Shown here piece by piece: positions 30,228-39,612 of a stretch of 64,000 nucleotides of DNA. The DNA comes from Thainema sp. (GTDB lineage Bacteria > Cyanobacteriota > Cyanobacteriia > Phormidesmidales > Phormidesmidaceae): the NCBI GenBank assembly GCA_052168235.1, contig JBQLZK010000002.1, positions 265,456-329,455 of the forward strand. Direction: 5' to 3'. The notes under the pieces are model-generated. The model was not told where the DNA came from. It ran no database searches and saw only the letters and a list, made by a program, of their open reading frames with translations. Position 1 is the stretch's first letter. Each line of letters starts with the position of its first letter. Made by a program: the position numbers and the translations under genes.

Positions 30228-31268
30228 ATGACCACCCTCACCCAACTTCCTATCCCCACCTTCTTTAACCTTCAAACCGTTGGCGAGGTCTGGCGCGTGC
30301 CTTACCAAGAGCGTGCCGCTCAGGCTAAAGACTGGAGCAAACAGCACGGTCTCACCCCTGCGGCCAAGGACAAAACCCGCATCTGCCTGATGGCGATTGA
30401 TGTGCAAAACACGTTCTGCATTCCCAACTTTGAACTGTTCGTCGGTGGCCGTTCCGGTATGGGCGCTGTGGAAGACAACATTCGGCTCTGCCAGTTCATC
30501 TACCGCAACCTGGGCATCCTCACCGAAATTGCACCCACGATGGACACCCATACGGCCATGCAGATCTTCCATGCCGAATTCTGGGTGAACGACGCAGGCG
30601 AGAATCCCGCCCCGATGACGATGATTCATGCCGATGATGTCAAACAGGGCAAATGGAACGTCAATCCTGCGATCGCACATAGTCTCGCCCAAGGTAACTA
30701 CATGGCGCTGCAAAACTATGCTTTGCACTACGTTGAGCAGCTAGACACCGACGGCAAGTATCCCTTGACCATCTGGCCCTATCACTCGATGCTGGGCGGC
30801 ATCGGTCACGCTCTGGTTTCCGCTGTGGAAGAAGCCTGCTTTTTTCACAACATCGCTCGCAGCAGCCAAACCAATTTTGAAATCAAAGGCGGCAATCCCC
30901 TGACTGAAAACTACTCCGTCCTCCGTCCTGAAGTGCTCGAAGATGCCAGCGGTCGCCCCATTGCCCAGAAAAACTCTCGCTTTATCCAAAAGCTGCTCGA
31001 CTTTGATGCAGTTGCGATCGCAGGTCAAGCCAAAAGCCACTGTGTCGCCTGGACGATTCAAGATTTACTGGACGAAATCAACGCCAAAGACCCCACTCTC
31101 GCCAAAAAGGTTTACCTACTGGAAGACTGCTCATCCCCGGTCGTCGTCCCCGGCGTCGTAGATTTTACCGACCAAGCCGACCAAGCCTTCCAACGCTTCG
31201 CCAATGCCGGAATGCACCTCGTCAAATCCACCGACGACATCACCTCCTGGCCCAACCTGGATTTATAA
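30228..31268 (+). CDS. Isochorismatase-superfamily cysteine hydrolase, nicotinamidase-like
   Basis: [12 protein letters not shown]...[20 protein letters not shown]: the D-K-C triad and PncA-type metal ligands. Confidence 0.85.
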   Translation: MTTLTQLPIPTFFNLQTVGEVWRVPYQERAAQAKDWSKQHGLTPAAKDKTRICLMAIDVQNTFCIPNFELFVGGRSGMGAVEDNIRLCQFIYRNLGILTEIAPTMDTHTAMQIFHAEFWVNDAGENPAPMTMIHADDVKQGKWNVNPAIAHSLAQGNYMALQNYALHYVEQLDTDGKYPLTIWPYHSMLGGIGHALVSAVEEACFFHNIARSSQTNFEIKGGNPLTENYSVLRPEVLEDASGRPIAQKNSRFIQKLLDFDAVAIAGQAKSHCVAWTIQDLLDEINAKDPTLAKKVYLLEDCSSPVVVPGVVDFTDQADQAFQRFANAGMHLVKSTDDITSWPNLDL

Positions 31269-31271
31269 ACA

Positions 31272-31296
31272 AAAAGGTGGGCTATACCCACCTTTT
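31272..31296. terminator. Bidirectional terminator
   Basis: AAAAGGTGGG-CTATA-CCCACCTTTT between convergent genes. Confidence 0.65.
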
Positions 31297-31317
31297 CAAA
31301 ACTCTCAAAATTTCGGT

Positions 31318-31554
31318 CTATTCCGCTTGTTGGTCACTGTTTTCCCAGTTTTTCCATGCATGATACCCAAAACACAAACCCGCACCAAGGATTACAGGAG
31401 CAGCAAGTGGTACAGCAATAGTTGTTGTCGTAGTTAAACCAACCCACCCCGCAACACCAGCCGCTGGTGATGTGATAGTTGCCACTGTTAGAGAACCTGG
31501 AATTGCACTAGCTGCAAGGGTTGCAAATTTACCAAACGAAGCAAAGTCTCCCAT
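31318..31554 (-). CDS. Small hydrophobic Gly/Ala/Thr-rich protein
   Basis: 78 aa, GAGG RBS, 12 nt downstream of the next ORF. Confidence 0.6.
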   Translation of the reverse strand: MGDFASFGKFATLAASAIPGSLTVATITSPAAGVAGWVGLTTTTTIAVPLAAPVILGAGLCFGYHAWKNWENSDQQAE

Positions 31555-31566
31555 GTTCTTTACCTC

Positions 31567-31785
31567 TTAATTACCACTTGCTTTCTTAAGGCCAAATGCA
31601 GCTAAGCCAACTACAGCACCAGCCGCAGCGACAGGAGCCATACCAACGCCTACTGCCGTACCTAAAGCAGCTATTCCTATGCCACCAGCCCAAGCTGAAA
31701 ATCCAGCTCCTGCTGCTGCTCCAGCCGCTGCAAAAACAGCAGCTTCACGACCGTTTGAACCACCACTCTTGTCTCTATTTGCCAT
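31567..31785 (-). CDS. Small glycine-zipper membrane protein
   Basis: AAAGAAAGAG...GGIGIAALGTAVGVGMAPVAAAGAVVGLAAFG. Confidence 0.7.
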   Translation of the reverse strand: MANRDKSGGSNGREAAVFAAAGAAAGAGFSAWAGGIGIAALGTAVGVGMAPVAAAGAVVGLAAFGLKKASGN

Positions 31786-31948
31786 GAGTTATCCCTTAGG
31801 TGAAAACATCACAAGTCTGCATCCTGAGAGGCTATGTAAAGAAAAGTGACAAGCTCTTTTTCGAAGCTAACACAGCTATTCTCTTGCCGTCATCGGTATC
31901 AGAACAAAGCAATGATTTTTTAGAATTTTTGTTGAGATCTTGGCAACT

Positions 31949-31979
31949 GTAGGGTGCCGTTAGCGAAGCGTAACGCACC
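31949..31979 (+). repeat. REP-like hairpin
   Basis: GTAGGGTGCCGTTAGCGAAGCGTAACGCACC: a GTAG head followed by a palindrome. Confidence 0.55.
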
Positions 31980-32042
31980 GTTCCATCGAGCTTAACAGTG
32001 CACGTACATCTCACGACATGGATGTGTTGAATTATTTGAACG

Positions 32043-32549
32043 CTAACCTTTACGGCGCTTATGCCCTCTAACAAATGTTCCATCCTTGCGACGGTACGAA
32101 GACACATCGGTGTACTGATCACCTAGCAATTTATTCTTTATGGCTTCTCCTCCAAGAGCCATACCTATGCCCCCCACAAATTTGGCCACTGTGAAAACTC
32201 CACCAGCTACCCCAGCCACTCCATCAGCAACACCTTTAGCTGCATCAGCAGTACCACCAGCGACACCTTTTACAACGTTGGATGTGCTTTTGGCTATCGC
32301 ATTGACCTTGCCAGATGGAGATCGTTTGTATTCTTCCAGTCGCCGCTGTTCTTCTTCAATTGCTCGCAGTCTTGCTTCTTCTGCTAATCGAATTTTTTCT
32401 AACTCTTGCTGGCGAAGCATTTCTGCTCTCCGTTTTCGAGCTTCAGCTTTCCTAATAAAACTTTTCAGTATCGAGTAGACAATGAAAAATATGCATGCAC
32501 CCACAATCAGCGTTAAACCAACCAGTAAGACCAAAGAGGTAGTTTCCAT
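32043..32549 (-). CDS. Membrane-anchored coiled-coil/glycine-zipper protein with basic C-terminal motif
   Basis: N-terminal TM segment, charged coil, GVAGG repeats, terminal VSSYRRKDGTFVRGHKRR. Confidence 0.65.
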   Translation of the reverse strand: METTSLVLLVGLTLIVGACIFFIVYSILKSFIRKAEARKRRAEMLRQQELEKIRLAEEARLRAIEEEQRRLEEYKRSPSGKVNAIAKSTSNVVKGVAGGTADAAKGVADGVAGVAGGVFTVAKFVGGIGMALGGEAIKNKLLGDQYTDVSSYRRKDGTFVRGHKRRKG

Positions 32550-32708
32550 ACGATTGAGGAGAGATGAAGATTATATAAAACAGACTACCCAGAAAATTAC
32601 GTAGCTGAACGGACTTTACGAGTATCTTTACAGATATATAACATGCCCTGTGGCAACGCTTATCCACAATGCGTCAATGAAAATCCGTTTTCACTTTGTA
32701 CAAGCTCT

Positions 32709-33131
32709 ATGTCCACTCAAAAAATCACAATTGAGTTACCAGATTTACTGCTACAGCAGTTAAGGCGAGTAGCTGAAGTCACTCATCAATCTTTAGATGT
32801 TGTAATTACTCAAAGTTTATCGGGTAATCTTCCACCTTCTGTTGATCATGTTGAAGTTGAGCAACAGGCTGAATTACTGACTATGCAAACATTTACGGTT
32901 GATCAACTACAAGCAATAGCTCATGCCACTATTCCAATTGATCAACAGCATCGCCATGAGTTTTTACTCGAAAAGAATCAGCAATCAGCTCTTGCTGAAG
33001 ATGAACGCCAAGAATTAACACAACTGAGGGCAAAAGTTGATCAGCTAATGCTCAAAAAAGCTTACGCCTGGGCAGTTTTAAAGTGGCGCGGAGAGCGAAT
33101 TCCACCGTTAGAAGAAGTTGTCCCAGGATAA
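32709..33131 (+). CDS. Antitoxin-like partner of the HNH nuclease
   Basis: MSTQKITIELPD...LLEKNQ...ERQELTQL...LKKAYAWAVLKWRG; its stop directly abuts the HNH start. Confidence 0.7.
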   Translation: MSTQKITIELPDLLLQQLRRVAEVTHQSLDVVITQSLSGNLPPSVDHVEVEQQAELLTMQTFTVDQLQAIAHATIPIDQQHRHEFLLEKNQQSALAEDERQELTQLRAKVDQLMLKKAYAWAVLKWRGERIPPLEEVVPG

Positions 33132-33548
33132 ATGAGTATTTCCGCAACTCTTCGTGCTCAAATGCAAGCTCAAGCAGATTATCGCTGTGAATACTGCAAA
33201 ACTTCTTCTCGCTTAGTTGGTATGCCGTTAGTAATTGATCACATTCAACCTCAAGCGGAGGGAGGCAGCGATAATCCTGATAATTTGGCGGCTGCTTGTT
33301 ATCGCTGTAATGAATTTAAAGGTGCCAAAACCTTTAGCGTTGATCCAGCTACTAATCAGCTAGCGAAATTATTCAATCCTCGCACTCAGCAATGGTCAGA
33401 CCATTTTGCTTGGATTAACGGTGGTACGCACATTGCTGGGAACACCCAAAGTGGCCGAGCGACGGTAATTGCACTACGGCTCAATAATGATCAAATTGTC
33501 TCAGCCCGCACTCTGTGGATTACAGTTGGCTGGCATCCACCTAGCTAA
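33132..33548 (+). CDS. HNH endonuclease
   Basis: CEYC, IDHIQP..GG, NLAAACYRCNEFK, LFNPR...W.DHF. Confidence 0.9.
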   Translation: MSISATLRAQMQAQADYRCEYCKTSSRLVGMPLVIDHIQPQAEGGSDNPDNLAAACYRCNEFKGAKTFSVDPATNQLAKLFNPRTQQWSDHFAWINGGTHIAGNTQSGRATVIALRLNNDQIVSARTLWITVGWHPPS

Positions 33549-33705
33549 AGCTTTCTAACCACAATACTTCAACTAATACAAAGTTTGTCGAGGCGATCGC
33601 AACTTTACTCGCCGTTACAAAAATGCGATCGCACTCACAGAATCCGTGTGTCTACTTTCACCATCAACCATCAACTATTAACCCTATTCCCAAAAGGTAA
33701 CTACT

Positions 33706-34497
33706 ATGTCCCAATCCGCTAATCTCAATCAACTCTTCCAATCCGCCCACCAAGAAGGCTTACTCTCACCCGCCTCCATGCAGGCGCTCAACGTATTCGA
33801 TATTGGTGCTCAGATTCAAGCTGGGCTGGGTGTTCACGTGGACGATGTAATGTCTAGCGAAGTTGTCCTTGTCACCATCATGCCGGATGACTCTGGTTCA
33901 ATTCGCTTTGGGGGCAATGCGGCCACGGTGCGGGCGGGGCACAATACGGTTTTGGATGCGCTGCAAAGTTCGCCTCAGAAAGACAGCATTCTGATTCACA
34001 ATCGCTATTTGAACGGTACAGTCCTGTATCCGTACTGCGCGGTTGACCAAGCGGTGCGAATGGATACTCAAAATTACGATCCAAATCAGGGAACTCCCTT
34101 ATACGAACAAACCGTCGTGTTGCTGGGTACGGTGATTGCCAAAGCGCAGGAATTTGCCGACAATGGTGTGCCAGTCCGCACAGTAACGCTCATTATTACT
34201 GATGGGGCGGACGAGCATTCCGGTCGCACAACGGCGAAGCAGGTCAAATCTCTGGTGCAGGACATGCTGCGTTCTGAAAATCACATCATTGCGGCGATGG
34301 GCATTGATGATGGCCATACTGATTTTCGGCAGGTGTTTCAGTCGATGGGGCTGCGGGATGAGTGGATTTTGACACCAGGGAATAGTCAGAAAGATATTCG
34401 GCAGGCATTCCAGATTTTTTCACAATCGGCAGTGCGCGCCAGCCAAAGTGCGGGTAGCTTCAGCCAAACTTCACTGGGTGGATTCGGTAATCCGTAA
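33706..34497 (+). CDS. vWA-domain protein (TerY-like)
   Basis: MIDAS motif DDSGS, GTPLY, IITDGAD, AAMGI. Confidence 0.82.
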   Translation: MSQSANLNQLFQSAHQEGLLSPASMQALNVFDIGAQIQAGLGVHVDDVMSSEVVLVTIMPDDSGSIRFGGNAATVRAGHNTVLDALQSSPQKDSILIHNRYLNGTVLYPYCAVDQAVRMDTQNYDPNQGTPLYEQTVVLLGTVIAKAQEFADNGVPVRTVTLIITDGADEHSGRTTAKQVKSLVQDMLRSENHIIAAMGIDDGHTDFRQVFQSMGLRDEWILTPGNSQKDIRQAFQIFSQSAVRASQSAGSFSQTSLGGFGNP

Positions 34498-34748
34498 CAA
34501 CCATTCTCGCAACTGGCACAGGGCGAGATTACCCGTAGGGGGTAGTTCTGTGGAACCGTAATTTTGCCGTAGGATCGACACTGTTTCCAGGATATACATG
34601 AAGTTTCGGCATTTTGTAGTCCGTAATCCAGCGTGACCACCTCAAAAATTGCCACAATATTACCGAGATGCTGAGTTCAGACTGCGTAGTTTTATCTATG
34701 ACATTCACTCGAACTCATTTAGCATCTACCTGAAATCGGAGTTCCCTC

Positions 34749-35300
34749 ATGCTGCCCCCCGTTCCTGTGCAATCACCGTCATCATCCTCGTTATCTGTTT
34801 CCACTTGTATCAAAGCTAAGCCATATCCCAAAACCATCCAACCGACCTCCCAGCCTGTTCCGGCAGTGGAGTTTGTTCAAATTAGTTTTGAGGCACTATC
34901 GGCATTTGATCGAGTAACCACTCAGTTTGAGTCTTTAGGTGTGCGGTTTCACAATGCGATCGCACTTAAACCCTCTAATCCCGTTTTTCCTCAAGATGAG
35001 GAAGCGTGTGTGTTGCTGCCAACGGGCAATAACACCTCGCTCACGCTGGAATTTCTTCAGCCGATGGAGTGGGTAGAGGTTCACGTATCCAGCGTTCAGT
35101 CTGTGCGAATGCGCGGCATGGATGCCTCTGATACCTCCATTTCTGAGGCTGGTGATGCCTATGACTACTGCAATCTAGGTGCCCATCCTTGCCATGAGCT
35201 GCCACACCAGTGCCTGCGAGTTGCAGCTGCCGGATTATCGAAAGTGGTGATTGAATCGAATACGCCACTGACGCTTAACAATATTGCCTTTGGCCGCTAA
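34749..35300 (+). CDS. Hypothetical protein (beta-rich)
   Basis: 183-aa ORF containing a HIP1 site; no family recognised. Confidence 0.6.
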   Translation: MLPPVPVQSPSSSSLSVSTCIKAKPYPKTIQPTSQPVPAVEFVQISFEALSAFDRVTTQFESLGVRFHNAIALKPSNPVFPQDEEACVLLPTGNNTSLTLEFLQPMEWVEVHVSSVQSVRMRGMDASDTSISEAGDAYDYCNLGAHPCHELPHQCLRVAAAGLSKVVIESNTPLTLNNIAFGR

Positions 35301-35424
35301 ATATTAAAGCTTTAATGTTGCCCAACCTCATATCTTTATACGAAGTTCGGTGAAAATCCGGTGATTCATTTGTTATGGAAGGCTGGCTTGACTATCCTTT
35401 CATAACAAATGAATTGAATTCTTA

Positions 35425-35528
35425 TATAGCCTTTCCTAGGCTACTGAGGTACAAGTTATTGTTTGAAAGCCACGCTTCGCGTGGCTTTCAAACAATAACC
35501 TCCCTTTACTAGCGCAAGAAGCGCTATA
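35425..35528. mobile_element. TA-flanked miniature element, family A, copy 1
   Basis: TATAGC...GCTATA ends and a central palindrome GTTATTGTTTGAAAGCCACGC-TTC-GCGTGGCTTTCAAACAATAAC. An inverted copy is at 55472-55667. Confidence 0.7.
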
Positions 35529-35571
35529 TGCAGACTTGGATATTCGGTCTAAGTGCAAGATGTGAGCAACT

Positions 35572-37734
35572 CTACATCGGGTGAGTGTCTGACATATCGG
35601 TGGTGTCTGACCTCATAAATGTCGTGGCGATCATTTCTTCCTTACGCTGTGATTGATAGACCCGATAAACAACCACTGCGACTCCTGCTACGATGCTGGT
35701 TGCCAAGGGTGCAGCGAGCGGTATCCAGCCGTTTTGGGTAAACAGAATGGCGCTCGTGCCCACGATGACGATCAGTAAGCTAGTGCCACCCAGGGCTAAA
35801 ACGATCGGTCGGCGTAAACTCCACGCTAAGCTGCCACCTGCGATCGCACATAGAGCCATCCAGCCAATTTCAGTCCAATCCGGCCAGAACCAATACAATG
35901 CTGCTTGTTCAGACTCCAGGGCGGCGGACAGGATTTGGCTCACCATTTGGGCATGAACCGTCACGCCGGGCATTTGCAACTCGGTGTCGCGGCGTCCGGC
36001 AGTATAGGGCGTATAGAACACATCTTTACTGCTAGGAGCGGTGGTACCAATCAGCACCGCTTTACCTCGCACCCAGTCAGGCGGCACATTGCCAGCTAGG
36101 ACTTCGCTGAGGGAAATGATGCGGGTCGCCTGATTGGCAGAGCGGTAGTGCAGCAAGAGCTGATAGCCCATAGAGTCTACGTGCTGATAGCCGCCGGAGG
36201 AGGAACGGAGCTGATCAAAAACGGTTTCCTGGAGCTGAAGCAAATCGGGATTCTCAGCGTGGTTTTGCGGCAGGATATTGTCGGCTTCTAGATACTCCAG
36301 CGCCACCCGCAGCGAAAAGGAAAAAAGAACCTGATTCTGATGGGTGGCAAACATCAGGTTGCGCCGCACCACGTTGTCGGTGTCGATAGGAATATCGTTA
36401 AAGCCGACTCGTGAAGGAGGAACGACCTCGGGCGGTGGAATTTCGAGCTGATCGCCCTGATTGCCAATGTTCGCGATCGCAATTACATTATCATCGGCAA
36501 ACTGCTCCATTAGGGCTTCGTGACCGGGTTCCTGGGGCAGTTCCCGATACAGATCCACGCCAATCACGCGCGGATCGTACTGCTGTAAGGTTGCGATCGC
36601 ATCGGCAATGCTCTGGTCAGACGGCGTGGCTCGCTGGAGTTCCCGCAAGTCGGCTTCGGTAATCTCGACTACCAGCAGTCGATCATCAATGCCTAGATCC
36701 GGCTGTAGTCGCACCATCTGGTCATAGGCCCGCAGTTCCAGCGGCTCAAACCAGCCGAGCTGTCGCGCTCCGGCACAGAGGCCCAGTGCTGCCGCACTTG
36801 CGATCGCAACGACGCGTACACCTTTTACCAAGCGCTGACGCGGTGTTTCGAATGCGGAGATCTGGGTCCAGTCCAGTTCCACTGGCTCTCGAAATGACGG
36901 GTCGTCCGGCAATTCATCCAAACGCTTCAGATCGTTCAGCACCTCTTTGGCAGACTGATAGCGTCGCGAGATCTGAGATCGCGTCATCTTTTTCAGCAGC
37001 AGCTTTAATCCTTCGCTGATTTGAGCATGCTGTTCCCACAGGAGTTCGGAGGTGCGTGGATCTTCCGATAGCTCTTGCGGCTGATAGCCGGTCAAGGCTT
37101 GAATCACCGTGATGCCCAGCGCATAAATGTCGCTACAGTAGCGCGGGCGACCTGCCAGCTGCTCGTGGGGCGTGTAGCCTTGGGTGCCAATGCCGACAGT
37201 GTAATCGGTTTGGCTATCGGTGCGGGTCGTTAGCTGGGTTTGAATTTCCTTGACTGCCCCAAAGTCAATCAAAACCAACTTGCCGTCGCGCCGCCGAATG
37301 ATGTTGCCGGGCTTGATGTCGCGGTGAATCACATGATTGTCATGTACAAAGCTCAAAACAGGCAGTACGTTTTCCAGCAGCCGGATAGCCTGTTCCTCAC
37401 CTAGTTGAAATCCGCCCGCCAGTTCCTCGCTGAAGGGATAGCCGTCAATAAATTCCTGAACGAAATAAAATTCGCCATCTTCTTCGAAAGAATCGACTAA
37501 CGCCGGAATCTGGTCATGCTGTCCCAGCTTGCGGAGTGCTTCCACTTCCGCATCAAACAATCGGCGGGCAACCTGCAAGAATTCGGGATCTTGGCTGCTG
37601 GGGCGCAGATGCTTGACGACGCAAATCGATCGCTCAGGGTGCTGCGTGTCTTCGGCCACATAGGTTTGACCAAATCCACCAGTCCCTAATATTCGCAGTA
37701 TTTTATAGCGTCCGGAGAGCAAGGCTTCCAGCAT
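35572..37734 (-). CDS. Ser/Thr protein kinase with CHASE2 sensor domain and C-terminal TM helices
   Basis: LGTGGFG, HRDIKPGN, IDFGAVK. CHASE2 motifs ELRAYD, IGVDLYR, DNVVRR, VLIGTTA, MPGVTVHAQ. Start at MLEALL (37734). Confidence 0.92.
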   Translation of the reverse strand: MLEALLSGRYKILRILGTGGFGQTYVAEDTQHPERSICVVKHLRPSSQDPEFLQVARRLFDAEVEALRKLGQHDQIPALVDSFEEDGEFYFVQEFIDGYPFSEELAGGFQLGEEQAIRLLENVLPVLSFVHDNHVIHRDIKPGNIIRRRDGKLVLIDFGAVKEIQTQLTTRTDSQTDYTVGIGTQGYTPHEQLAGRPRYCSDIYALGITVIQALTGYQPQELSEDPRTSELLWEQHAQISEGLKLLLKKMTRSQISRRYQSAKEVLNDLKRLDELPDDPSFREPVELDWTQISAFETPRQRLVKGVRVVAIASAAALGLCAGARQLGWFEPLELRAYDQMVRLQPDLGIDDRLLVVEITEADLRELQRATPSDQSIADAIATLQQYDPRVIGVDLYRELPQEPGHEALMEQFADDNVIAIANIGNQGDQLEIPPPEVVPPSRVGFNDIPIDTDNVVRRNLMFATHQNQVLFSFSLRVALEYLEADNILPQNHAENPDLLQLQETVFDQLRSSSGGYQHVDSMGYQLLLHYRSANQATRIISLSEVLAGNVPPDWVRGKAVLIGTTAPSSKDVFYTPYTAGRRDTELQMPGVTVHAQMVSQILSAALESEQAALYWFWPDWTEIGWMALCAIAGGSLAWSLRRPIVLALGGTSLLIVIVGTSAILFTQNGWIPLAAPLATSIVAGVAVVVYRVYQSQRKEEMIATTFMRSDTTDMSDTHPM

Positions 37735-38005
37735 AAGCAACGGGCACTTAACGTTCTTAGATCTTGGCACGACTCGCCCATTGGCTGGGAGAGTTTTGTC
37801 ATTTTGATGAAAATTAAAGCTCCGCTTAAGAGAATCAATGATTTGCAGGCAAAAATTGAGCCGATTGACCTGAACCATGATGGAGCCTCACCAAGAACTT
37901 TAACCAGGAACTTCATGGCGAGAATATGTCTGAGCGAGCGGAGTTATGCAGTGGGAAGGGGATAGATATACACTAAAGCGTTGATAGCTTGGCAAAGTTG
38001 AGAAG

Positions 38006-38881
38006 GTGAAACAACCGTTGATTTCCGGAAAAACAAAGCTCCTTGGCATTATTGGCAGTCCCGTTACCCATTCGATGTCGCCAGCGATGCAAAATGCCGC
38101 GATCGCACATTTAGAGCTTGACTATATTTACGTGCCGTTTCCAGTTTTACCGGATCAGCTTGAGGATGCGATCGTAGGTTTCACGGCAATTGGTGTTCAA
38201 GGCTTTAATATTACAATTCCCCACAAGCAGGCAATTATCCCTTATCTCACTGAGATCTCAGATGAGGCGAAAGCGGTCGGCGCTGTCAATACCGCTTGGC
38301 GGACGGAACAGGGCTGGAGCGGCACCAACACTGACGTAATTGGCTTTCTGGCTCCACTGCGATCGCTGGATTGGGATTGGCGCACCGTCACTCCCATTGT
38401 CCTGGGTAATGGGGGGGCGGCTAGAGCAGTCGTTGCCGGATTTGCGAAGCTGGGCTGTTCGAAATTACACCTGGTGGGTCGCAGTGCGGAAAAACTCGAT
38501 CAGTTTGTAGCAAGCTGGCAATCCTCACCGCTACAAATTGAGTTGGTGACCCATACCTGGGATGCGCTGGACGAACTTGTTGCGATCGCATCTCTGATTG
38601 TTAATACCACGCCCATTGGCATGCATCCCAACACTCAAGCCTCGCCGCTATCTGATGAGCAAATGCAGCGTGTGCCTAGCAGCGCCATTGCCTACGATTT
38701 AATTTATACCCCTAGCCCGACCCAGTTTTTGCGACAGGCTGCAGCTCAGGGTTCACAGGTGATTGATGGGACGGAGATGCTAATTCATCAAGGTGCAGCG
38801 GCGCTTGAGCAGTGGGTCGGCCAGCCCGCACCGATTGACGTGATGCGGCAAGCTCTCCATCAGCAACTGCACGCCCATTAA
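38006..38881 (+). CDS. aroE: Shikimate dehydrogenase
   Basis: HSMSPAMQN, NITIPHK, GAVNT, NTDVIGF, GNGGAARA, DGTEMLIHQG. Confidence 0.96.
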   Translation: MKQPLISGKTKLLGIIGSPVTHSMSPAMQNAAIAHLELDYIYVPFPVLPDQLEDAIVGFTAIGVQGFNITIPHKQAIIPYLTEISDEAKAVGAVNTAWRTEQGWSGTNTDVIGFLAPLRSLDWDWRTVTPIVLGNGGAARAVVAGFAKLGCSKLHLVGRSAEKLDQFVASWQSSPLQIELVTHTWDALDELVAIASLIVNTTPIGMHPNTQASPLSDEQMQRVPSSAIAYDLIYTPSPTQFLRQAAAQGSQVIDGTEMLIHQGAAALEQWVGQPAPIDVMRQALHQQLHAH

Positions 38882-39612
38882 GGAAACCTTAAACAAGACC
38901 TGCAATATGCTCTGAGAAAACTTAAATGGCGGTTGCATCTCTTAATATTTTGCAACTTTTAATTTTACTTTTACGTAAAAGTACAAGATACTCAGTGATT
39001 AAGTTCCTGATTGATCACAAACCTTCCATGAATATACGCAGGCAGTAGTATTAATCATTACTGCTGGTTTCGTGGTTTAGGCAATAGGTTGATGTCGCCC
39101 TGCAAAGCTGCGTTCTGACTGTTCAGTTCTAGCTTTGAAATTAAGGGAATCAGCTCAATCTTGTGATTTAGTCTCGCTATTTAAGAACACCATGTAGTTT
39201 TTTGCTATACAGTCCGACAATCAATTTGGTCGCTCACGCGCTCAATTGGTTATCAGATTTGGCGATGCTGATCTGCTGATACAGATCCACGTTATATAAA
39301 CCCCCACCCTTTAAAAATTCGCGCCGTTAAAATTCGCGATTGTGTTGCGGTGAGTTCACCCTGCTGGCCGCAGTGAGTGATTCCAACGAGTGATTGAGCA
39401 ACAAGGTGCTGCTCTGACTTGCGAGTCCTTTGATTGGCCCTCTTAATCGGCTCTCAGCAACTGCATCCGTTGCAACTGAGGCTAGAGATGTATCGTCTCT
39501 ACCTCGTGCTTTGCGTGTTTACGTTTAGCTAGTTTGGCTTGGCTAGTTTTGGTTAGCTGTTGTTCCTGCCAATTCGTCCCTGTTTTTCTGTTTGGATGAG
39601 GATTTTAATGTT

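Noticed and set aside
33646..33663. Possible third NrtR-like box upstream of the vWA gene
   Set aside because: GTGTCTACTTTCAC does not satisfy the GT-N7-AC spacing.
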